Notes under the pieces: model-generated
Seen by the model: the letters and a program-made list of their open reading frames with translations, nothing else
The model's database searches: none
What the model was told of the DNA's origin: nothing
Translations under genes and position numbers: made by a program
Source: Cyanidioschyzon merolae
Lineage: Eukaryota
NCBI GenBank assembly: GCA_000091205.1
Contig: AP006496.2
DNA length: 64,000 nt
Direction: 5' to 3' (one strand)
Part shown: positions 21,426 through 32,500 of the stretch, piece by piece
Layout of the letters: every line of letters begins with the position of its first letter
Numbering within the stretch: position 1 is the stretch's first letter

Positions 21426-23249
21426 ATGAAGCGCTCCAAGCGACAGGGCAACGGCGCGACGAGCACACAGCACGAAAAGAAACGGTCCACGCACGCTAAG
21501 GGCTCGTCGGACGCAGGCCAGGTGTCAGTCCCGTGCACACTGCTGGACCAGTCAGATCGTCTGATCAGCTTGCGCGAGAAATACACCAGCGCAGAACCTT
21601 TTTCACATATCCAGCTGCGCGAAGTTTTTGATGAGGTTTTTCTTAATGCAGTGCGTAACGAGATCATTAGCAACTGTACCGGATCTTTGAAAGAAACCGA
21701 TATTTACAAAGTCTATCAAACGGGAGAGCTCCGTAATCTCGACGCCCTCAGCACTGAAGAGCAGCGACGTCTGCGCAACCTGCGGGTCCTCCGGGATATA
21801 CTCTATTCAGAGCGCTTCCGAAAATTTTTGATGGCGCTTACCGGTTGCTGTGATGAGTCGTGTGGCGAATGCCTCGACGGGGATCTCATCGATTGCTCGA
21901 TCAACGTGTACACGAGAGGATGCCATCTGCTCTGCCACGACGACGCCATCGGGACGCGACGTCTGAGCTATATCCTGTATTTGACGGAACCGGAGCATAC
22001 ATGGACGCAGGAAGATGGCGGATCCCTGCAGTTGTTTCGGCTTCGAGATGGGAAACCGGTTCAGGGCGCGATACCAGAGCCGGAGAACTACTCGCACACT
22101 TCGCTGTTGCCGGAGTGGAACACGCTAGCAGTTTTCCAGGTATTACCGGGGCGCAGTTTTCACGCGGTAGAGGAGGTGCGCACGGACGAGATGCCACGCC
22201 TAAGCATCAGTGGTTGGTACCATGTCCGCGCGCCCGACGATAAGACTCCAGTGGACCCGGCGGCATCGTTGAGGCAGCTGCAGACGGGCGCCCATAGACC
22301 GTTTTTGCCGCTGTCGGCCGAGTTGTCAGCGTCTTGTGCTGTGCTATCTCAGGGGTCAGATCGCGCCCGGACGCTGCTAGATGCGGCGCTCTCCACTGCT
22401 GAACTGGAGTATTTGCGCACCTACATACAGCCAGTGTATTTTGAGGACGCCCACGTGCGAGCTATTCGGAAACGATTTCGCCGCGAAAGCAGCGTTCAAC
22501 TGCATGATTTTCTGAAAATTAGCGGAGAGGCCTCGGCGCTGGTGGCAGCTTTGCATGAGACCGATAGCGACGCTCGAGTCAGATGGCAACGACTTGCAGC
22601 TGGCGGCGAAAGCAGTGACGATCCGTCTGGGTGGCGAACCGTTGGCCCGCCACACCGCCAGCGATATCTGGAGTATCAGGGATATCTGGATTCTGGGCCG
22701 CCTGTTTCGATTCTAGAGGGAACCCTGAATTGTTTCCAGGCACTCTTTGCATCTCGAAGCATGGCTCGCTTCCTCATGGTCCTGACTGGCTTGGATGCCT
22801 CATACGGGCGTATTCGGGGGTATCGTTGCAACATCCGCCGATTCCGACCGGGACTCGACTACACACTAGCAACCTATGAGACGCTGGTGCCGCGGACAGA
22901 GCCCTGCCTTCTTGACGCAACGCTCTGCTTCGTCGACGACCGAGAGCAGGACAGTGCGGAAGCTTGGCGGAGCGGCGAGTGTGGCGGCTATGAATGCTAC
23001 ATGGATAGTGGCGACGGAGACGGTGACCCCAGCGTTTATCGAGATGTCGACGATGCAGATGACGCTAACGGGAACGCGAACCAACTGCTGAATCTACCAC
23101 CGGTATCGAATGCCTTGAGCCTAGTCCTTCGGGATCACGACGTTTTGCGATTCGTCAAATACGTCACTGCCGCTGCTCCGAGCAGCCGCCTCGATCTCGC
23201 ATTTGAGTATGCATTAGCGGAAGAGCACAATGGCAAGGCGTCCCAGTAA
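21426..23249 (+). CDS. OGFOD1: 2-oxoglutarate/Fe(II)-dependent prolyl hydroxylase, OGFOD1/Tpa1-like
   Basis: Track ORF 21351 (GTG)-23249. First in-frame ATG at 21426 (MKRSKRQ...). Double-stranded beta-helix with HxD...H iron ligands: CHLLCHDDAIGTRRLSYILYLT and PRLSISGWYH. A second degenerate C-terminal DSBH-like half and an acidic D/G-rich insert (GDGDGDPSVYRDVDDADDANG) are typical of OGFOD1/Tpa1. Confidence 0.75.
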   Translation: MKRSKRQGNGATSTQHEKKRSTHAKGSSDAGQVSVPCTLLDQSDRLISLREKYTSAEPFSHIQLREVFDEVFLNAVRNEIISNCTGSLKETDIYKVYQTGELRNLDALSTEEQRRLRNLRVLRDILYSERFRKFLMALTGCCDESCGECLDGDLIDCSINVYTRGCHLLCHDDAIGTRRLSYILYLTEPEHTWTQEDGGSLQLFRLRDGKPVQGAIPEPENYSHTSLLPEWNTLAVFQVLPGRSFHAVEEVRTDEMPRLSISGWYHVRAPDDKTPVDPAASLRQLQTGAHRPFLPLSAELSASCAVLSQGSDRARTLLDAALSTAELEYLRTYIQPVYFEDAHVRAIRKRFRRESSVQLHDFLKISGEASALVAALHETDSDARVRWQRLAAGGESSDDPSGWRTVGPPHRQRYLEYQGYLDSGPPVSILEGTLNCFQALFASRSMARFLMVLTGLDASYGRIRGYRCNIRRFRPGLDYTLATYETLVPRTEPCLLDATLCFVDDREQDSAEAWRSGECGGYECYMDSGDGDGDPSVYRDVDDADDANGNANQLLNLPPVSNALSLVLRDHDVLRFVKYVTAAAPSSRLDLAFEYALAEEHNGKASQ

Positions 23250-24279
23250 CACTGGTGACCGTCTCTTGTTGTAAAGGTCGACGCAAAGGCCCCGGAATGC
23301 GATGGTACACAGCTCGTGCATAGATTCTCTGTTTGATAGATCGGTTACACGGACCAAATATCCCAGGTTGAGGCTGAATATTGGCTTTCGGGAGAGCGTC
23401 CATCATGGTGCTAAATCCTACCTCCAAGTTCCATCACTCCTGCTTCCTCTCGTACGTACGAGTCATTTTATACGCTCCATCGTGCACCAAGTGCCTGCCT
23501 TGCTGCACCCGCCGTAGCGTCTATACCGCTGCAGCGGATCCAGCACAGAGACAGAACGGCTTGGTCGTACCACAAGGTTGTCGGCTCGTAGTGTCGTTTA
23601 TCCGACACGGGATCACAGGACATCATCATGCAGGGAGCCTGCAAGCTGTGCATATGGATGTACCGCCTGCTGTAGCGCGAACCGATATACTAGGCGTCCA
23701 CAGCGACCAGGGCGGCGACACGCAGACGCAGCATACCTGGCCCTAGTCCCAGCATAAGCAGCGTTTCAGACGAGTTGCTCAGATCTCACGACAGCACTAG
23801 ACGCTTGGCGCGAACACGAACCACGAGCCCGGTATTCTCGTCCGGCTTACGGGACCTTCCGTCTCTGAGATAATCTTTCGACAATACAGAGACCTTTTCC
23901 CCCTTTTAACGCGTACCGTACGCCTGGAATGAAATTTTTATCGATTGACGAGTTCGTGATTCGTTTCTGTGCTTGCCCGTCTCGTGCGTAGGTGCGTCGC
24001 GCACGCATCGGTCAAGAATCTCGATGGCAACGCTGCGAGATCGCGGCAACAGGCACGCCGTTCCAGCCACGTGGCGCTCTGTCCAGCGACGGAGGCACGT
24101 GCTGTCCGCGATCGCCGCATCCCCGGCAGATACGCGGACACGCCGCCCGCGTCCATCGTCAAATCGACGTCGAAGAAAAGCGCCCTGGACGCACGCACGA
24201 GGGGTTCTCGGATGCCGCGTATCACCCGGCCGGTGGCGCGATGCGTGACGTCGCCTCCGTCGAGCACCGGAAATTGCAA

Positions 24280-24280
<1 letters not shown>

Positions 24281-24311
<31 letters not shown>
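24281..24311. repeat. (CCTG)n tetranucleotide microsatellite, about 7-8 units
   Basis: Read directly: ctgcctgcctgcctgcctgcctgcctgcctg, about 240 bp upstream of the RWP-RK gene ATG. Confidence 0.9.
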
Positions 24312-24551
24312 GCGCTGAGCATCCGATCTCGCCGGTGCAACGCGTCTCTTCGGGGGAGGCGTTTCGTTTGCAGGCTACACTCGTGCTTGTATCTTCTGGA
24401 TGCTCAGTAGATCAAACGTTGAGCTTCTACCCGAGTCAGTGTTCTAAATCAGCTAACGAGATTTTTCCGTTGGGATAGGTGCTTGCGGTTGGCGGTCACG
24501 TTTTCTTATTTCTGTTGGATATCGTGTCGAAGATTGCGGCTTTGGGTTCCG

Positions 24552-26903
24552 ATGAGACGTTTCCCAGGGTCTGCGGGGTTATTTTTAGCGTGGAATGACT
24601 TTGACTCCTCGTTTGGTTCAGGGAACGATGCGGCTTGCGAAAGCGGCTCGGCGGAGGCGCTGCTCCCTCCGCCGGGGCCACCGCTTCGGTTGTCGGGGCT
24701 GCTTGCAGGTACCGGCACCGGTGACCCAGTCATCCAAAAGCGGCGACTGGGGGAGCGGCGGCCGCCCAAGCCCGGCGGAAGCAGCGAGCGGAGAAGCTAC
24801 GGGGCGGTCGTGGATCCGCAGTGGGCCATCGCTGCGTGCTCACATTCGCACACTGCGGAAACTGCGAGCTGTAGCACGACGTATCCGCTACACGACGGGC
24901 GCTATGTGCCCTCATCGGGTGCTGGCCTGCGAGGATCAACGATGCCAACAACGAAGGATAGATCCAATTGTTTGCATGCGATGCGGCAGTCGCGCTCCAC
25001 CGATTCGATGGAGCGCGCTTTTGTTGGATTCCATTCCGACAGACGGCAAGATGACCTGGCTCCCGTGGACGAAGCAGTCCTATCTCAAGCTTCAACCGAG
25101 AGACTTGAAGGCATCGCTGGGAAACGGAACTCGAATATGCCCGATCTCTCGCTCTGTTCGCACTCTGAAACGGCACCCGGCATCGACGCGGCGCCCGGGT
25201 ACATCAGCACCGACGAGATACCAGAGCGCCATGGCCCTGTACTGCATCGTTGCATTTGGGTTGAAGCGGTCCTCCACGGAGACTGCCCTGCGGAGATTGC
25301 ACAACACTCAATGCTGGAGATTCGGGCGAAAAACGGTACCCAGTGGCAGAGCATCTGTCCTGATCTTGATCACGACCTCGAAGGCAGCCCAGCACATGAA
25401 TGGCACACGACGCTGGCCCCAGATCGGAATACGCACCTGCGGCATACCGCCTCGCAACCAGTTCACCAAGATGCTCCGGATGCGTCATTTGCCAGGGTGA
25501 CGATTTTCGGCAGCGACGCACCAGCATCGCCACCGCTGAGACAGACGGCGGCGGTGGCGCTGACCGCACGACACAGTCGCCCAAAGCAGCCTCGCGCTGC
25601 AGAGAGCCGGCTCCACGTACTCCGTATACCCTGCGGATGCCGCCTGGCATCAAACGGCGTCTGCGAACTGGAGATCTACCTGCATATGCGCATCAAGGTG
25701 GCATCAGAGACGCGTTTCGGCTGCACGCTGTTCGCTTTCGATCAACAACGGACGCCCCTGGCAAGCCCTCACTTTGTGTATGTCACCATTTCTGGGGGAA
25801 ACGTTACAGACCGGAACAACCCAATCGGTCGTCTGCAGGTAACCTGTGAGCGCGCCAGCAACTGGAGCAGAGAGCGGATGCGTGGAATCCCCGAAGCATC
25901 CTGGCAGCGCGCAACCTGGTTGCTTCCGACATCACTTCACGATCCAGTCACCGCGGGGCTCTCGCAGGCGCCCAATGAAACGGAGCTCGCCGCACCGCTC
26001 GACATGTTCGATGTCTTCTGGAGACCTGCGGCGAACTGCGCTCTCGCAGGGTCTCCATCTCGAGCCTCTTCGCAGCCTTGCCCGAGGAGCGTCAAACACG
26101 CTCCCGATGCTCCGGTACACCCGCGCAGGGCATCCGGTGTGAACGCTGCCGCTCTCGGTATCGAGAGCGATGCTCCATTCCAGAGTTGCTGTGCGCTGGA
26201 GGGCGCCAGCGCCCGCGCAGCAGCCTCTCGAGTGAGTCCAGTTACAGACGCCTGGTCCAGCGTTGAACAAGCAGAAACGTATGCACTGTGGTCTTTTTCG
26301 CTGGACTCTTTCGAGCCAGTTGCCGCTGTGGAACCGAGGTCTTCGCTAGCGACAGAGCAGCTTGTCGCTGAACGTGAATGCTGCCCCCTGGAAAAGCCAG
26401 ATTTCCCGGGCGTAGGGGTTGCATGCAAGCCACCATCAGCCACTAGTCCGCACTCGTCGGCGAGCGGAACGCCCGGACACGCTTCCAGCGATTCACATGG
26501 CATTGATTCGCAGCCTGCAGTGGACCCGGACACAGCGCAGGCTTTTGCCCGGGTTCGTGAACGAATTCGTGGCAAATCGAAACGTTTCACGCTCTACGCA
26601 ATCACGCTCTCCGACTTGCGCTCTTTCTTTCATTTGCCCCGTGACGTGGTGGCTAGGCATCTTGGAATCTGCGTGACGCTCCTCAAAAAGATTGCTCGTC
26701 GCAACGGTATTGCACACTGGCCGTATCGTCGCCTCAAAACGCTTCGGAGCAAAATCGCGGCGCTTGAGGTTGAGCTTCAGCTCCCAAGTGTTGTTGATCG
26801 AAACGGTCGCGCACTTTGCCGTCAACTCCAGCAGCTGCGCCAGCGAATGCAGCAGATTCAGGGTAATGGTGCGGTCTCCGATGACGCGCTACCAGCATCC
26901 TAG
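24552..26903 (+). CDS. RWP-RK domain transcription factor (NIN-like / MID-like family)
   Basis: The C-terminal segment KSKRFTLYAITLSDLRSFFHLPRDVVARHLGICVTLLKKIARRNGIAHWPYRRLKTLRSKIAALEVELQ carries the diagnostic RWP(Y)RK motif and the flanking helix. The rest is P/S/A-rich low complexity typical of transcription-factor activation regions. Track ORF starts at TTG 24483. First in-frame ATG at 24552. Confidence 0.6.
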   Translation: MRRFPGSAGLFLAWNDFDSSFGSGNDAACESGSAEALLPPPGPPLRLSGLLAGTGTGDPVIQKRRLGERRPPKPGGSSERRSYGAVVDPQWAIAACSHSHTAETASCSTTYPLHDGRYVPSSGAGLRGSTMPTTKDRSNCLHAMRQSRSTDSMERAFVGFHSDRRQDDLAPVDEAVLSQASTERLEGIAGKRNSNMPDLSLCSHSETAPGIDAAPGYISTDEIPERHGPVLHRCIWVEAVLHGDCPAEIAQHSMLEIRAKNGTQWQSICPDLDHDLEGSPAHEWHTTLAPDRNTHLRHTASQPVHQDAPDASFARVTIFGSDAPASPPLRQTAAVALTARHSRPKQPRAAESRLHVLRIPCGCRLASNGVCELEIYLHMRIKVASETRFGCTLFAFDQQRTPLASPHFVYVTISGGNVTDRNNPIGRLQVTCERASNWSRERMRGIPEASWQRATWLLPTSLHDPVTAGLSQAPNETELAAPLDMFDVFWRPAANCALAGSPSRASSQPCPRSVKHAPDAPVHPRRASGVNAAALGIESDAPFQSCCALEGASARAAASRVSPVTDAWSSVEQAETYALWSFSLDSFEPVAAVEPRSSLATEQLVAERECCPLEKPDFPGVGVACKPPSATSPHSSASGTPGHASSDSHGIDSQPAVDPDTAQAFARVRERIRGKSKRFTLYAITLSDLRSFFHLPRDVVARHLGICVTLLKKIARRNGIAHWPYRRLKTLRSKIAALEVELQLPSVVDRNGRALCRQLQQLRQRMQQIQGNGAVSDDALPAS

Positions 26904-27582
26904 ACACGCGAGATAGCGTATGAGGCAGCGCAGCAGAGGCGGCAGCTCCTTGACAGCGATGCTCTCAACTATTGATAAGGAGGCAGCATGTGCCATTCGC
27001 AGAACTCGTTATCTTTGGTAGCGTACGAACAAGTCGCTCTGATTCCTGTTCGACTCGCTTTACGCGAAGGTGCACATTCTTGTGCATAGATCGGCAACGG
27101 AAGCGATGGTACGCTGGGACCTGGAAATAGGCACCAGCGGACGGGGAGCAGGACTAGTGCAGCTTCCAAGGAGCACCCGCCGCCGCTGGCGAGTTTCCTG
27201 GTACCGCAATAGCAGCGGCCGCTGCTTCGCTCGCGGATTCTCGCGGGTTACTGCCAGCCACAGCCGTTCAACGCTGCTCGACAAGCGCTTTGGCGTTGTG
27301 GTCAGTCCGAAGCAGACGATGCCCAGATTGTAACTGCATAGCGCCAAAATAATGCCAACGCGATACCACAACGCTCGGCGGTATCGCTATCATCTGGAAC
27401 CTGGCCAGCGTGCGTTGCAGCAAAGTAAAGGTCTCGGCATCGAGCGGCACTGGACGGCTCATTTCCGAACAAGTATCGCTTGCCAGGGGAGCACGCTTTC
27501 CGTAAGTATTGCCTGGGTAGCTTCGCGTACTAGCGTCCAGTGCCGGTACGTATCATTTCCTAGCAAGCCTGATCGCGCTCTC

Positions 27583-28608
27583 CTAAACCTGAGCGGCAGC
27601 CATTCGCTCGCATTCCTCCAGATACTGAGCAAGTGACCAATCCACATCGACTGGTTCAATGTTATGATACCAGACCGCACCAGAAGCTTGAGATTGCGTT
27701 CCTGCGGAAATCCGGAAACAGCTCCGACCGCCTGGGTACCATACAAACCTTTGCGCTTGTATTCCTGGGACATTTTTCGCGAGATACTCCTGCAACGCGG
27801 CTACTGGACCATACACCTGGAGCTGACCTCTCTCACCACGCTCCACGTGCAGTGTCTGCACCGACTCGCAATAGAGTTCCAGGTCGCGATCATCGGGAAC
27901 GTGTGCGCTTCTCGCGGGTCCGTTCACGAGGTGTACACGCCTCTGCTGATCTAAGAGCGTGCAACCTGCGTTCGAGATCTTCCATATGCGATGGTACGAA
28001 CGTGGCTGGCCAATAGCAGTGTTCAACAAAGCGCGAATACTCTGTTGATGCGCGATCACGACCCAGTGGTTTGCGGGCGACACTGCGGATACGCTTGCCG
28101 AGTCTCGAGTTTCCCAGAACTTTTGGGCCCTTGCATAGAGCTCCGCAAAATGTGGACAGTTCTCGGGCTCCTTGCGATGAATACGATACGCTTCAGCGTA
28201 TTTGTCGTCAATGTCGCCCCGCTGTTGACCCTGCCAGGGCACGGAAACCTCCCAGAGCAGTTCGGTGTCCCAACGTACCCAGTTCCTCCGTTTCGCTGCA
28301 AACGTGTCGAAGTACTTGGCAGTTTCCTGTGCTCGACTGAGCGTTGACACCGCCAGGGTGTGAATTCTCTCCGCAGCACTCGCGGTAACCCACTTGGCCG
28401 TCTGTGCCGCCTGCTCGTGCCCAGTGCTCGTCAGGCGTGGTTCGTTGCTCTGACCCTGGGCCCGACCACTTCGGTTCCAGTCAGTTTCACCGTGTCGAAT
28501 GAGAAGTGTTGCACCGGATAGCACAAGAATGAACATGAAGCACTGGCAAGGAACGCTCCGAGTCCACGCGTGTATCGCGGTAATCGCAGCTCGCTCGCCC
28601 ACGAGCAT
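27583..28608 (-). CDS. Histidine phosphatase superfamily protein (phosphoglycerate mutase-like branch)
   Basis: True ATG at 28606-28608. RHG catalytic motif LLIRHGETDWN, ...LTSTGHEQA, and the downstream block VVIAHQQSIRALL. The N-terminal hydrophobic stretch (MFILVLSGATLL) may be a signal peptide. Confidence 0.65.
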   Translation of the reverse strand: MLVGERAAITAIHAWTRSVPCQCFMFILVLSGATLLIRHGETDWNRSGRAQGQSNEPRLTSTGHEQAAQTAKWVTASAAERIHTLAVSTLSRAQETAKYFDTFAAKRRNWVRWDTELLWEVSVPWQGQQRGDIDDKYAEAYRIHRKEPENCPHFAELYARAQKFWETRDSASVSAVSPANHWVVIAHQQSIRALLNTAIGQPRSYHRIWKISNAGCTLLDQQRRVHLVNGPARSAHVPDDRDLELYCESVQTLHVERGERGQLQVYGPVAALQEYLAKNVPGIQAQRFVWYPGGRSCFRISAGTQSQASGAVWYHNIEPVDVDWSLAQYLEECERMAAAQV

Positions 28609-29512
28609 ATGGTCGCTTCAGCGATGGTCGAGCGGTAGCAGCTGAAGCCTGCGTTGCATCCTGCACCTGTAGTGTCGAACGAACGAACGAACGATTATTC
28701 GATAGTTTAAATATGGATCCGGTGTTGTGGAATCTCACGGTATGTCTTGAGCAGCTGGCTTGTCTGGTGTGTATCTCGGACGGGCGTACGCGACTATACT
28801 CTATGGGGAATACAAACGTTTCACGGTAAGCTGAGGTCATTTGCCAGCTCACCGGAGACGTTCGCGCACCTTCGCATGCGCTTGTTTTACCTTCTGATCT
28901 TATACGATAAAAACGAGGACTGCAGAGGGTATCTCTAAACGGGGCCTCGTTCAGAGCGCTCCGCAACGCCCTGGGGTGCAAGGGAGCGCCCATGAAGGAA
29001 TCGTCTCAAAGCTGCATCGACGCTCCACTGCCGTATCTCCTGAGCAGAGCGCTCTCCCAGAGAGAGATACTCAGTATACGCAAATGGGTCTGTCTGAATT
29101 CTCAGAGCACAACTTGGACGTGCCGTTCCTCTACCGCGTTCAACAAAGCTCGTAAGCCGTGTGCGCACTTGCCACTCTGAGGTGTCGGCGAACATTCGCA
29201 TCCGTCGCTCACCCGGCAGTCAATCGCCTGTGTGCCTAGGCCGTCTTGGGTCCTGCAAGCCAACAGGCACAGTGGCGTCGCGTCTCACGGCACTGGGACA
29301 CTGAACGCGCTCAAGCGGGCCCGTCGAGGATCACAGCACACACATACACACACACACCGCTACCGCAACGGGGTTGTGTTGACGCTCGCCTGCTCTCGAC
29401 GGAAGCGTCTGCACACACAGAGAACGCCTTCACGACCTTCCTGAATACGGTCGCTTTACAGAACGCAAGCAGGCGGGGCACACGTTTCCCAGCGCTTGAC
29501 CAGCGCCCAGTA

Positions 29513-32500
29513 TCAACGATGCTCCTGTCCACAGCTTGCGTCGCTCGCGTAGCCGTCGAGAACACCTCGATACGTGCTCGTTTCAAAACGGAACATGCCA
29601 TAAGCGGAGCCCTGTTGTTGTAGCGTTTGCAGAGATGTCTCCAGCGGCACCGAACTCGCGTGAACCGCTGAACGTGCCCACTGTGCGCTGGGGTCGTGCT
29701 GTACCGGCCTTCCCGCGGCGTCTTTCGGATGTATGGTCGAGCACATGTTTCGTCCCTGAAACATTTGACCTGCAGCTTGCTTCTGCTCAGTGATTCCGTT
29801 CGATGCAATGCGACCGATCGACGGCAGACGAGGAATACCTGCTTTCGAAGCAGGGCAGTCTCGCCGCTTATGGCCGATTTTGCCGCAAGCAAAACAAGTG
29901 ATCCTCGCGGAACGATGTGATACACCGGCAACGACTCCCTCCGGAGCGCTTTTTTCGATGATACTGGTGCCCGCGGGCGCAGCCGCTTGTTCTGTCGCAG
30001 ACTCGCGACCCGAGTGCTTATCAGCACCGTTCCTGTCGGGAAGCGCGGCATGCTGTTGCATTGCTGCACGTTCTTCCGACGACGACGACGACGACGCGAC
30101 GTTTCCCTCGGAGCGCTGCGTCCTTTTCGCGTCCGTGGTGTCGTCCTGGGGAAACGCTCGTTTCCGCCGCGGAATATACGGCACAGCGGATACATCCACC
30201 AGCATAGCGGATGTCACCGATGCAGAAGCCGGCACCTGCTGACCCCCTGCTGCTGGTGTCTCGCGATTCATGTCGTCGTCGCCGTCGTCCCAGGCGGTGA
30301 GGAGAAGCTTGGCGGCGGCGTCGACGGCCGCCCCGGTATCCTCTTCCGCTGAAACTGATCGTCGACGAGGCCCTAGGGCTTTTCTGATCCCCGCAATCTG
30401 CTCGGTAATGTGTTGCAACGAGGCAGCACGGCGATGCTCAACCGCCTCCATCGCCTGTTGTTCGTCGAGCGCGCTGGCGAAGGGTCCCCCGCTGATCCAA
30501 CCGCTGCACGAGGCTGCTTGACAGAGGCATCGAATCGGAACAGAAGCGTCGCTCTCATTAAGATCCAGGTCGCGACGCGGTGATACCCGCTGCAACAGCG
30601 ACGTCTCCTCGGCGGCAGCAGCAGCAGCAGCGCGTCTCTCCATTCGGTAGTCGAAGGTGAGCTCCTCGCCAGCCGCGATATCACGACTGGCAAAGATACC
30701 GACGCGAACTTTGCCAAGCACGAGCCATTTCTGCGTGTGGCAGTTCGGCTCGCACGAGTGGTTCAGAAACCGACCCCAGGTTCCTTTGCGACTTGCATCG
30801 AGAAACGTGCTCTGGTCAAGCGTCATGAAATAGACATGTCGTTCGAGGGCGTGATCGCGCTTCCGGCGAGCAAGTTCCGTCGGGCCAATCACTTCACCCA
30901 TGTACTCCACGATAAAGTCACCTTTCTTGAGCGGCGCTCGGCTGCGGATACCACAACCACGGCCGTTTGGACTGAAGAAGAGCTCCACGGGAGCATAGGC
31001 TTGTCGCTGGAATCGCATGTTGCCACATTGCGGATCCGTACTGCTCCGCGACCGAGCAACTGGGCATGTCGCCGGATTGCATTCCACGCACACAGTGCTG
31101 TTCAGGCAGACTCCGGGTACGCATGCTCCAATGCACTGACACACATCGGCATGTGCTGGTGCAACGGACGGTGGAACCAGATACTCGTTCGCCGTTAAAT
31201 GGATAAACGGTGACGGTTTCCCGTCATCCGTATCCAGCATCCGCTGCTTCCTGTCCTCGAGAATGGCCAGTCGGTAGGAGAGCAGCGTATACCAGCTACG
31301 CTCGCCAAAGTCTCCAGCGGACAAACGGGACCAGTCCCAGTCTGGCAGTCGGAGACAAGTGGAAGGCTCAGCGGCGTCAGGTGCTGTCGACGGCCTTTCC
31401 TGCGACACGTCTACTGCTTCTACACTGGTGTGGAGAGGGTGCAAGCCCGCTGCAACCGACGCCTCCCGTCGCCGATTCTCCAATCCGTGGAGGAGCACCA
31501 TGTAGGCAGCGCGATCGTCGGTATTGGTCAGGCGTCCAGCGACAAGCGGCAGTCGCCGGAGAACCGCCAGTAGTCGATCGAGTCCGCGGCGACTGGAGAA
31601 GCCCAAGGCATTGCAGACTCGTTGCAGAAACAGCTCGGACGATTCGCGCAAACAGGCTACGTGGCAGCTGGCCAGAAAGCGCATCACCGCTGGGAAGAAG
31701 GCATCTCGAACGACGCGCATCGTCTGTTGTGCAAGGGCGTCTTCGGTGAGAGTCTCGTCGCTGGACGAATCCTCGATGTCGTCTTCGCGCAGGCCCTCTG
31801 TCAGCAGTTCCCAGAGACGCCTCAGCAGGTCTGCCCAGGTCGATACTGCACTCGCTTCGCTGAGCGCTCGAAGCAGGAGCTTGGAATCCGCACAACACAG
31901 ACGGGTGAAGGTCTCCAAAAGTTGATGCCTGAGGGTGCTTGCGCCGTAGCGCTCCAGCTGCCGGGCCGAACTGGTGCCCCAGGCCTCCTTGCAGATCTTC
32001 TGGCAGTGCAGAAGCAGCGTGTACCCGCTGTTGGGCAACCAACACAGCTCCTGGGCAGCTACAAGATCAGGCCAGATGCGCACCATCGCCCAGAGCGCCG
32101 GATCGACCTCATCAGTCTCACCTCGGAGTCGTTCTTGATCGCTGCGGCTCAGCGAGTCAAGTAATCTCTCCACTGAGTAGAGACGGAAGAAGTGTTGCGC
32201 AATCCGCAGATCCGAGACCACAACCGAAAGCGCCGCCAGGTCGGAGTCGGTCATGAGCATCCAGCCACCCAGCAATAGCCGCAGATGCTCGTCGAGTTCC
32301 TCCGCGAGTCGCTCTCCCATGACGCTTTTCGGACTCGTGGAGGACTCCTGCTGGAGCAGGTCAACCCAATCGAGTACGGTCACGAGATGCTTTTGCATGA
32401 ACGCAGGCGACGGGAGGAGCGCCTCCAGAACGCCACGAGCCAGGGAAGCGTTCCGCTCTTGCCCAGAGGTCGCAGGTGGAAGCGCTCGTTGCTCCTTCGC

